Shown here piece after piece: positions 49,401-61,400 of a stretch of DNA of 64,000 nt. Below the pieces are notes generated by a model. It saw nothing but the letters and a program-made list of their open reading frames with translations, did not search any database and was not told where the DNA came from. Position numbers and translations under genes: made by a program. The stretch lies in assembly GCF_037042905.1 (NCBI RefSeq), contig NC_087256.1, positions 26,474,001 through 26,538,000 on the forward strand, in the 5' to 3' direction. Position 1 is the stretch's first letter, and each line of letters begins with the position of its first letter. This stretch comes from Lytechinus pictus (Eukaryota).

Positions 49401-52400
49401 CCTTTTATATAAATAATTTTATTATCAGGTTTGGATTCTCCTTGTAACATCATACAAAATGATTGTAATCTGGCAAATTAGTCGCTACCATTTTGGTATT
49501 ATATGTAGGCCTGTGATAATTGTTTTGAAAATGAATATTAAGAAAAAAAAATGATGCTGTGCTGGAGAAATGAATCATTTAATCGCAAGTGAAATATGTG
49601 TTGCAAATTTATTAATCTTTCAATCTTATAAAAGTTTTGTAATATGTTTTGAAAAGAAAGAGTAAAATCATGCCACAAAACACTGAAAATTGCTTTATTT
49701 TCTGTGAAACAGTTTTATGCATGTCTTCATGTAGTATTGAGCAAGCTGATGATGTCATATTCCCTTTTTATATTCTTTTGTATTTAATCATATTAATTTA
49801 AGTTTGTCCACAAAGAATAAAAATAAAATGGATTATCAACTGATACAATGCATAAGATAATCATATTTGCAATCAATGCTGTTACAAGGAAGTCATATCG
49901 TACAAACATATATATAACGATATCAACTAATTATGATTTCATGTAATAAAAGGAAAGCAGGGACATGACATCGTCAGCCTACCTAATGAATATTCATGAC
50001 AGCGTGCATTTTCACAAAATATTATTTAAATCTTAATAACTTTGTTATTTCTCATTAGATTTTGATGAAATTTTCAGTATTTTGCTCATTGAATCTTGCT
50101 CAGTATATATAGGTTTAAATATATCATCCCGGAGTAGCCGTTTAATGTCATTATTCATTCCTATTTGTGTGATTGTTACTAGGTTCTCCCCGGTATAACC
50201 AGCGAGGATGCATCTGTCCGTAACATGGCTGTGAAGTGCCTTGGTCTAGGTGCCCAGATCAGCAGGGTTTTCGCTATGCAGCAACTCCTCCTCCTCATGC
50301 AGGTAGGGAACCATTCAAACCAGCTCAATCAGGATCCGGTTTCATAAAGACTTCTTACAATAACAAATGCATCATTTCTATAAACAGTTCACTATCAGCC
50401 AATCAGATTGAAGGATTTCAGTAGCTTTTAACTGTTATTGCAAATTTGTTATTTTAACAAGTTTTATGAAGTGGACCCCTAGTCTGACGGATTGTTTTGA
50501 CGTGAGCGAATATTCAATTCATTTACCTGTATGAAGTGCATGACCCCATTGAGCCCAGATAAGTGTTATTTAAAAAAAATCACCTTCAATGAATTTTAAA
50601 AGAAACAGCTTCAAACATTCTTAAAATGTGCAAGTGAATTTGATGGCCAGATGCCCCCTCCTCCCATAATAGAATGCTTAATGGTAGATAAGGGTGTCAC
50701 AGAACCATTTCATGAAAGCTACTATACATTCAAAAATATTTTAATCATTCACTCCACTTGTTCTATATATATCTCTGAATATGATTATATGCCACAAGCC
50801 TACAAATTTAACAAAGCATTCACTCCAATTTCTAGAAAGAATTTGACTCCTTTGTTCATGTCGGGGGTTGGACATCTGATCTGTGAAATCCCAGCTCTCC
50901 AAGCAATATTTGACAATGTCATGTTGTTCTACCTCAAAATTACCCAAGCAGATTAAGAAACAGTTCGCCTCACCCCCCCCAAAAAAAAAAAAAAACAATA
51001 ACTAACCAACTAGTGATTAATAATTGGGACTGATTTCTATGATTAATTCAATTGATTATTGTTTATGATCAGTTGTAAAAAGCAGCCCCATGATTAATCA
51101 CTTAGCGTCATGTTACAGGGGCCCAGGTGATTGCTCTCCACTTGCTTGCTTGACACTTATCCCTACATCTTTTTGCTTCTAATCTTCAAGATATTCCAAG
51201 AAGATTGGGGGACAGTCCAGGTGACTGCTCTCGAACAATTTTTTTTACTATAACCCTTAGGCCCGTATTCTGAAGTCAGGTTTAACTTAGACCATGGTCT
51301 AACTCTGCAAAGATTATGGGAAGCCAAAAGTGTCAAAATTTTTATTAAGTTGTATGTTTCTTATGTTTACTGTGCTCTTTCCTGATTCATTGATGATGAA
51401 GACAATCATCTATTTATACTTCCTAGACAATTATGAATGATTTGAGAGCCAAATGAGCTGAAATGTGATATCTCTGCCGTTAGTGATTTATGTAACAATT
51501 GGCTATCCATACTTAAACCACAACTTTAAACTTGAGTTTAAGTTTAACCCAACTTCAGAGTATGGGCCTATAAGTTTTCTTTTATTTTGTTTAATCTTCC
51601 AGATATCCCAGGTACATGTAGATTAGGAAACTGTCCAGATGAGAGTTCTCCAAGCAATCTTTGACTATGATCTCTTTGTTTTTGTTTTTAAAACTTCAAG
51701 ATATCCCAGGTAGATCAAGAAACAGTCCAGGTAACAGCTCTCCAAGCGATCTTTGACATCGCCCAGACCTACGGCCTTGACATCTTCACATTGCCAGAGA
51801 CAAGCTCCGAGAAACATGAGGAAGGGAAGGACAATGAAGAGGAAGAGGAGGAGGAAGAAGAAGGGGAAGGTAAAACTAAAGACAAGGAGCAGTCTGCCCA
51901 GAGTGCAGCCAACAGCGCCCTCTCCATTCTTACCAAGTTATTGGATTCGGAGGTATGAATGTTGACAATCTTCCACAGGAAGCTTATCAACCGCATCAAT
52001 TTTGAAGCGTTTTTCAGTTGTTTTTTTCTCACATTGCTCCCAAATATCTACTTGTCTACATGTACCTTCAGCACTATACATGTAGAAACACGTATGTAGA
52101 AAGATCCAAGTGTATTTTGATGGATTCGTCAAGTGAATTGTTTTCAACTTGTATTAGATGTACGTTCCCTGCTTCCTGTGAGAAATACATGTACAAGACA
52201 ATGTCTTCCCATTTGGAAGGTGGTCATGGCAAACGTTTTTTTTTTTTTAAGAGTCAAGTCACTCGTTTATACAGTATGTGATATTGCAACATTAGCAATC
52301 GCGGAAATGGTCTACGGTACACCATGTGTAAAGTCCTGGAAGGACTGAGATAAAAGTGGATAGAGATAGAAGTGAAATGGACAGGCGAGAAAGTGGAGGT

Positions 52401-55400
52401 TGAGAAGATAAGTATTCTTTTCGGAATGACTGTAGTCCTTAACAGGACTGTAAACCAGGGGAGAGGAAAGCTGAGTAGTAGGCAGGGTGAGAGGCTTGAG
52501 TAGGAGGCTGGTTGGGTTGGAGAGGTAAGAGAGGCTTGAGTAGATGACAGAAGGCTGGCTTACGTCGGCGAATGGAGCTGTGGAGTAGGATAGAAGACTC
52601 AACATTTCGGGCTGGTTGACTGTCAAGACTAGTTAGATAAATTTCAAATTTGATCCTTCTTCTATAACTACTAAGGTAAACAAAATAGTAACATTAGCAT
52701 GTTTTCACTCAGCGACTTGGGCGTAGGGCAAGTCCTTATATTATTATTCCTATTTTCTAAATCAAGAAATACAATTATGGATTAAAGAATTCTTTTTCTT
52801 GATATGGAAAATGTTTTTTTTATGAAGAATTTACATTTGTTGTATTCTTAACATCAAACATTCAATTCTTGATTTAAAACATATCTCAAATTGTATTTCT
52901 TGCCATATACCCGCGTCGCTGAAAGCCCCATACGTCGCTTAGTGAAAACCGGCTATTACTTATGTAGACATGAAATTCTGTATACAACAAGTAGGTACAT
53001 TATGATGAAAAGTGTCATACACAGGTGGATGTGATGTTTCAAACATTTATTATATTTTTTTTTAAATTAAACAATAGTACAGTGAGTGTCATTTCCCAAA
53101 ATATCATCATCAACCTGTACTAATCGCACAGAAACATTGTTAGCGCTGACAATTCGCTAACAGAGGCCCTGTTACAACCGGTAATGTGGCAGCGATGCCT
53201 AATGTTACAATGCATCTCTTACACATTGAAATCGCCCCTAGCCCAAGCAATCTTCTCCCAGTTTGACTCTGCATTAGTGAGGAGTATGACTTTTGCAAAT
53301 CGACCTGTACATAATTTTGTACCTTCACATTGTTTCAAAACAGAGCAATGAGCTGCGCACCGTGTCTGCCGAAGGCCTGGCCAAGCTGCTTCTCTCTGGA
53401 CGCATCACCAGCCCCAAGCTGCTCTCCCGTCTCCTGCTACTCTGGTACAACCCGACCACCGAGGAAGATCAGCATCTCAGGTCCTGCCTGGGTGCTTTCT
53501 TCCCGATATACTCGTTTGCAGGAAGGTAAGAATCGTAATAAGGACACGCAAATCTTGTTTAGCGCCTGTCACATGATATAACATCTCTATATGCTTCCAA
53601 AGGACTTGAAGATTATTACCCTAGTAACAAAGAATAAGAAATTTTGATTGAGGAATATTCCTTTAGGGATGAGGACTAATGGATGAGTACATCACTCAGT
53701 AGAAGAAGCATTGCAGTGTCTGGAGGCATTGTTCCTTGCACAATCATTTGCTGAAAAGTAGGAATAATAACAAATAAAGGAGAAATAGGAACTTTAAATA
53801 AGATGGGGATTGATTTGGGATTTGATGATTTTGATCAAATGAGTAATAAAAATAGGGGTTTGATCAAATGCAAATTTGAACATTTGAGTGCAAGCAAATA
53901 CTAGCAGTAGCATCTTGTTTGTCCGGGGGGGGGGGGGGATTTGTTATTATTCGCATGAATTTGCTGGAAAGTAGGAATAAAAAGAAATATGTACTTTGAA
54001 ATAAGGAGTTAAAATATCTGATGTTGTTCTAATGTTAATAGGTAATTATGCTAACCCTAAAGACATTCTTCAATGTTCCAACTATCTCCCCTCTTAATTA
54101 TTAGTCGATTATCTTGTTTTTCTCCATTTCAGGGTCCACCAGGAGTGTTCGGAGGAGACTTTCCTGCTAACCCTAAAGACACTCTTCAATGTTCCAACTA
54201 TCTCCTCTCTTTCTTCATTATTAGTTGATTATCTTGTTTTTCTCCATTTCAGGGTTCACCAGGAGTGTTCGGAGGAGACTTTCCTGCTAACCCTAAAGAC
54301 ACTCTTCAATGTTCCAACTATCTCCTCTCTTTCTTCATTATTAGTTGATTATCTTGTTTTTCTCCATTTCAGGGTTCACCAGGAGTGTTCGGAGGAGACT
54401 TTCCTGCTAACTCTAAAGACACTCATCAATGTTCCAACTATCTCCCCTCGTTCTTCATTATTAGTTGATTATCTTGTTTTTCTCCATTTCAGGGTCCACC
54501 AGGAGTGTTCGGAGGAGACTTTCCTGCTAACCCTAAAGACACTCTTCAATGTTCCAACTATCTCCCCTCTTAATTATTAGTCGATTATCTTGTTTTTCTC
54601 CATTTCAGGGTCCACCAGGAGTGTTCGGAGGAGACTTTCCTGCTAACCCTAAAGACACTCTTCAATGTTCCAACTATCTCCTCTCTTTCTTCATTATTAG
54701 TTGATTATCTTGTTTTTCTCCATTTCAGGGTTCACCAGGAGTGTTCGGAGGAGACTTTCCTGCTAACCCTAAAGACACTCTTCAATGTTCCAACTATCTC
54801 CTCTCTTTCTTCATTATTAGTTGATTATCTTGTTTTTCTCCATTTCAGGGTTCACCAGGAGTGTTCGGAGGAGACTTTCCTGCTAACTCTAAAGACACTC
54901 ATCAATGTTCCAACTATCTCCCCTCGTTCTTCATTATTAGTTGATTATCTTGTTTTTCTCCATTTCAGGGTCCACCAGGAGTGTTCGGAGGAGACTTTCC
55001 TGCTAACCCTAAAGACACTCTTCAATGTTCCAACTATCTCCTCTCTTTCTTCATTATTAGTTGATTATCTTGTTTTTCTCCATTTCAGGGTTCACCAGGA
55101 GTGTTCGGAGGAGACTTTCCTGCTAACTCTAAAGACACTCATCAATGTTCCAACTATCTCCCCTCGTTCTTCATTATTAGTTGATTATCTTGTTTTTCTC
55201 CATTTCAGGGTCCACCAGGAGTGTTCGGAGGAGACTTTCCTGCTAACCCTAAAGACACTCATCAATGTTCCAACTATCTCCCCTCGTTCTTCATTATTAG
55301 TTGATTATCTTGTTTTTCTCCATTTCAGGGTCCACCAGGAGTGTTCGGAGGAGACATTCCTGCTAACCCTAAAGACACTCATCAATGTTCCAACTATCTC

Positions 55401-58400
55401 CCCTCTTTCTTCATTATTAGTCGATTATCTTGTTTTTCTCCATTTCAGGGTCCACCAGGAGTGTTGGGAGGAGACTTTCCTGCTGACCCTAAAGACACTC
55501 ATCAATGTTCCAACTATCTCCCCTCTTTCTTCATTATTAGTTGATTATCTTGTTTTTCTCCATCTCAGGGTCCACCAGGAGTGTTCGGAGGAGACTTTCC
55601 TGCTAACCCTAAAGACACTCTTCAATGTTCCAACTACCTCCTCTCTTTCTTCATTATTAGTTGATTATCTTGTTTTTCTCCATTTCAGGGTTCACCAGGA
55701 GTGTTCGGAGGAGACTTTCCTGCTGACTCTAAAGACACTCATCAATGTTCCAACTATCTCCCCTCTTTCTTCATTATTAGTTGATTATCTTGTTTTTCTC
55801 CATTTCAGGGTTCACCAGGAGTGTTCGGAGGAGACTTTCCTGCTAACCCTAAAGACACTCATCAATGTTCCAACTATCTCCTCTCTTTCTTCATTATTAG
55901 TTGATTATCTTGTTTTTCTCCATTTCAGGGTTCACCAGGAGTGTTCGGAGGAGACTTTCCTGCTGACTCTAAAGACACTCATCAATGTTCCAACTATCTC
56001 CCCTCTTTCTTCATTATTAGTTGATTATCTTGTTTTTCTCCATCTCAGGGTCCACCAGGAGTGTTCGGAGGAGACTTTCCTGCTAACCCTAAAGACACTC
56101 TTCAATGTTCCAACTATCTCCCCTCTTTCTTCATTATTAGTTGATTATCTTGTTTTTTCTCCATCTCAGGGTTCACCAGGAGTGTTGGGAGGAGGCTTTC
56201 CTGCTAACCCTAAAGACACTCATCAATGCTCCAACTATCTCCCCTCTTTCTTTATTATTAGTTGATTATCTTGTTTTTCTCCATCTCAGGGTCCACCAGG
56301 AGTGTTCGGAGGAGACTTTCCTGCTAACCCTAAAGACACTCTTCAATGTTCCAACTATCTCCCCTCTTTCTTCATTATTAGTTGATTATCTTGTTTTTTC
56401 TCCATCTCAGGGTTCACCAGGAGTGTTGGGAGGAGGCTTTCCTGCTAACCCTAAAGACACTCATCAATGCTCCAACTATCTCCCCTCTTTCTTTATTATT
56501 AGTTGATTATCTTGTTTTTCTCCATCTCAGGGTCCACCAGGAGTGTTGGGAGGAGGCTTTCCTGCTAACCCTAAAGACACTCTTCAATGTTCCAACTATC
56601 TCCTCTCTTTCTTCATTATGAGTTGATTATCTTGTCTTCTCCATCTCAGGGTCCACCAGGAGTGTTGGGAGGAGGCTTTCTTGCTAACCCTAAAGACACT
56701 CAATGCTCCAACTATCTCCTCTCTTTCTTCAGTATTAGTTGATTATCTTGTTTTTCTTCATATCAGGGTCCACCAGGGGTGTTGGGAGGAGGCTTTCCTG
56801 CTAACCCTAAAGACACTCTTCAATGTTCCAACTATCTCCTCTCTTTCTTCATTATGAGTTGATTATCTTGTCTTCTCCATCTCAGGGTCCACCAGGAGTG
56901 TTGGGAGGAGGCTTTCTTGCTAACCCTAAAGACACTCAATGCTCCAACTATCTCCTCTCTTTCTTCAGTATTAGTTGATTATCTTGTTTTTCTTCATATC
57001 AGGGTCCACCAGGAGTGTTGGGAGGAGGCTTTCCTGCTGACCCTGAAGACACTCTTCAATGCTCCAATCACCTCACCCCTGGCAGAGATCAACCCCAGCA
57101 ATGTAGCGGAGTTCATGGTTCACCTCACGGATCACACTATGCTCAACGATAAACAGGCCTCAGATATACAGGTAAACATAATATTGATAATATATAGCAC
57201 TGAAGCAGAAGAAGAAGGAAACGGAGGAGGAGAGGAGGAAGAATCGACCTTGTTAGGTGCTCAAGGCGCTCCTTTAAAACCCCGGCTAAGCTAGGAATTT
57301 CTTCCTGCCGGTACCCATTCATGTCACAAGGGTTGAGTGCAGCACGTGGTTGCGGATTAATTTCTTCCTGAAAGAAATTACGCCTCTGGCAGTCTGGCTG
57401 GGATTTGAATCCACAATCCTCTGTTTAAAAATCTAAACAGACAGACCCATCTTTAGGGCCCCATTTCATAAAAAGTTGCTATGATAGCAAGTCTTGCTGG
57501 AATGTCAACTTCCATGACAACAGTGAAAATTCTACTTTGTGATTGGCTCTTCCATTGAAAGATGATGTTCTAAGATAGCAACTTTTTATGAAATGGGGCC
57601 CTGGCCCTTACACTTTTCTATTTGGGTTTATTCATGCTTTGTATCGTTTGGCACTTGAAGCACTTTAATATTTTCTAGCTTCTTATCTGGACCAGGAAGT
57701 AAATCTTACTGGCATCCCTGTATGTCTTCTAATAATGATAATGACAATGTGTGACATTCATATCACGCGTTATCATGCTATCACCCCGACTTGTCAATTG
57801 CTGGAGTATTTAAGGAATTCCTTCCTGCTGGGTACCCATTTACTAACCTTGGTTGAGAGTAGCAAATAGATAAATGCCTTTCCAAATGATGCAAGTGTCG
57901 TGATTGGATCTGAACCCTGGATCTTATGATTCAAAGTCGAGACTTGTCCAGTGAGCCATGACGCCTCCACTTCTCTATTTATTTATTTATTCAGGAGACA
58001 ACTGTCCATGACAATCTAGCCTTGAAGCTCTGTAATGCCATCCTGAAGGACCCTGCTGCCCCAGGAACCAGGGTCTTGTCTAAGACACTGACCATGCTGA
58101 CTATCAACATACACAACAAGGTTCACCTAGCGGACATCAAGGTCCTAGCTGATATGCTTCTTGACGTAAGTAGAAGGATCTTTCATAACAATACCTCTTA
58201 ACTTAGATGGATGGGCAGTTCCATGAAATATTCAACATTTTCCATTCTTACTTCACTACATGAAGAGCTCAAGTCAGCATGCTATAAAACCAATGCCTTT
58301 CAATTGAACTATAAAAAAAGGACCAATCACTTCAGGAAGGTAATTTTTTTATTTATCATAGGTTAAGTTGGCACATAAAATGAAGAACTAATTAGGGATA

Positions 58401-61400
58401 AATAGGGGCATTTAGCAGAATGGTAAATTATTATGTTCGAACAAAAAGTTGGTTTGTATAGTTTCAGATGAGGTTTGTATCTTAGCTCAACAGGGGTGCT
58501 TTTCAGAAAGAGTATACAAAACTTATAATGAAGATGTGGAAGTTATAGGTTTTGAAAAAAAATACAAATTGGCACAAAAGGGCGCTTTTACTGTAAGCAG
58601 AAAGTGCATTGTTGAAAACCGGGGCTTCCCAGAATTTGAATTTGGCACTGTGTGATAGACAAAGGGCTATTGCAAGCACTTAAAAGTAATAGAATCCGGT
58701 GGTGTTGAAGAAAGGTAATTAACAATTTTCAAAAATTGAAATGATACTTATTTATACAAAATGTGCTTATTGTTTTATTCTGGAATACAACTTGGATATT
58801 GAACTTGTCATCTTGAATAAATGTGTCGGAAAAAAAACTCTTTGTTTACAGCATGTTGATGAGAAAGTTGCCCTGCGCCAAGTGGAGAAGTTCTCCGACA
58901 ACATCGACAGCTTGTTGGGTGTGGAGAATGAGGATGGGGGAGAAAAGACAGAGGATAGAACAGCTGCTGAAGGGGCAGACAAGTTGGAAAAGGAACATGA
59001 GGCTGGAGAGAAGAATGATGGAATGGTAGGTGGTTACATAAATTACACAAGTTTTGTATTTAGGGTCATGAAGACAATGTTGGAAGAGCCACTGACTACA
59101 ATTTTTAGTCTAGAACACTTGTGTAAATTCAAGCAGCAAACCTATTATTCAGGTGGGAGGGGGGGGGGGGATGAACCATTGTTCCACCTCCCCCCCCCCC
59201 CCCCCACTTGAATAGTATGAAGTCATGTATTTACTCCCATGGTCTAAAAATCATTCAATATGAGTTTAGAGACTCTTTTTTTAGATAAGATGAGGTTTCC
59301 ACCACTGTCACATTTCTAAAGTAAAGCTTTTTTTTAGGTGCACTCAATTTTGAAAAGAATATTTAGATACAAATTTTTAACACACTAATGATTTATACAT
59401 GTACACATTGCAATTATAAGTAATGAGTGGTGGATGACAGGGAATGTAGTCAAGGCCGGCATTCAGGCCACATTTTGCCAGCCTTTTGTCAACATTTGCC
59501 GGCCTTTTGTTGGAAGTACCGACCTGGATTGCATCCCTTGTAGACGATCAGTCATACTTGATCAATTGACAGCTGTCATCTACATCTTACATTGGTTTGT
59601 TGATTATTTATATCCTTTTCTCCAGATGAACGAGACGGCTCGTAGTGTTGCCGCAGCTCAAGAGCTTTCTGAGGATTGCAAGAAGGAGCTCGCTGCACAA
59701 GAACTGACGGGCAAGAAGAAGACCAGGGCCAGAGGTTAGTTGGAATATAAATCAACATCGTTGAAGGGGATGGACAAAGTGTCCACGGTGAGCTGGATGA
59801 ACGGGCTATCTTTCCTCAACTTCACTTTGGAAAGATAGCGTTTACATCCATCTCACAGAGATCAGGAGGTGATAAGGTGCTTTATATTCCACATCTGAAA
59901 CGATGTTGAATTTAATTGAATTTATTACCAAATCTCACTGTCAGGTACAATTACATGGAATAGTACATCACATATGAACAAAACATTTGGTAATTGGAGC
60001 TAACATAATAGCAAGACGCTAATCGAGGTTAGCCCCAAATAATGTCATTATCATAGTTTTAATCATTTTAAATAAATCACAATATCGTACATAAAATTCA
60101 GTACTAATTCTACTTATTACTGATGCAGATGATTGTGGTCATTTTTAGTGAACATATTTACAAAAAAAAATATCTTAAATATTCACAAAAATCTTTATAC
60201 AGAAATTATTTGTTTTCAGGCAGTATATACCATACCAAATTAAATCTTCCAGTAGCACGAAAAAGAAGAGAATTTTGTTATAAAGAATGAAAAATATTAA
60301 CATGATAACCCACTGGGCATTTTACCCGATATTACCCGGGTTGTAACAGGTAATAACGTAGTTATTACCACGGTAACACCAGTGGGTAGTAACGGGGAAA
60401 TAGTAGACCAATCTTTCCCCGTTATTACCCGGACCCGATATTACTCCATTTACCCAATATTACCCAGTATGATGTAACCGATATTTCCAGCATTTTAATG
60501 ATATCACCACCTCATATTACTCTGTTTACCCAATATTACCCAATTAATGTCGGCTCATTAAAAAAACAATTAGTGTCATTAGGGTCATTGAAGCACATTT
60601 TTACAATTCCATACTCTAAGCCATATCATCTTATCCTATCCTAAAATCCTACATCCTAATCCTAATCCTATCCTACACCTATCCACCAAACCCTGTCATT
60701 TACTTCTATATATTGAGCGAGTTTACAACACTTGACAAATTATGGTTAACAATTATTCAACCCTAAAACATTTTTCTAAAATTAATGTCATGATTATGAC
60801 TAATATGATATATAAACTACACATTTTTCTGAAAATTTTCTGGGTGGAATAATTGCATAAACATAAACACATTAATTATTACAGCTATATTAGCTAAAAT
60901 TTTGGCCATTTATTGTAGTAATGAATATTCATGAGTAACTAATATTCCCAGCATTTTCCTGATATTACCATCTGATATTACTCCATTTACCCAATATTAA
61001 TGGGTTCCGCATGGGTTGGAGGTCTCGTTTCCATCTGAGTCCTATCTGGGCACCATGTGGGTTCAAGTATATGTTTTCATCTGGGTTCCATGTGGGCCCA
61101 TATGGGACCCAGATATCCCAGATAAGAACCGTATGTGATCACTTTGCTGTCTGGGAATGGAAGCGTTTCAACATTACCCATTACCCCTTATCAACCTGTT
61201 TGTAACTGGGTAAAATGTTGGTTTCATCAGGGTGATAACAGTAATTTTTTGGACTTTGAAAATTTCGCTGGGATTGCTGTAAGATTGCTCTTATATTACT
61301 AAAGTTTGCAATGTTATAACCAATCAAAGTCATTCAACATTACCCTTATTACCCCTCATCACCCTGTTGTAACTAGGTAAATGTAGGTTTCATCAGGGTG

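Noticed and set aside
54049-57080. CRISPR-like or independent repeat-protein gene
   Set aside because: No unique spacers and no cas genes; eukaryotic context; the unit is plainly a copy of the NCAPG intron/exon junction.
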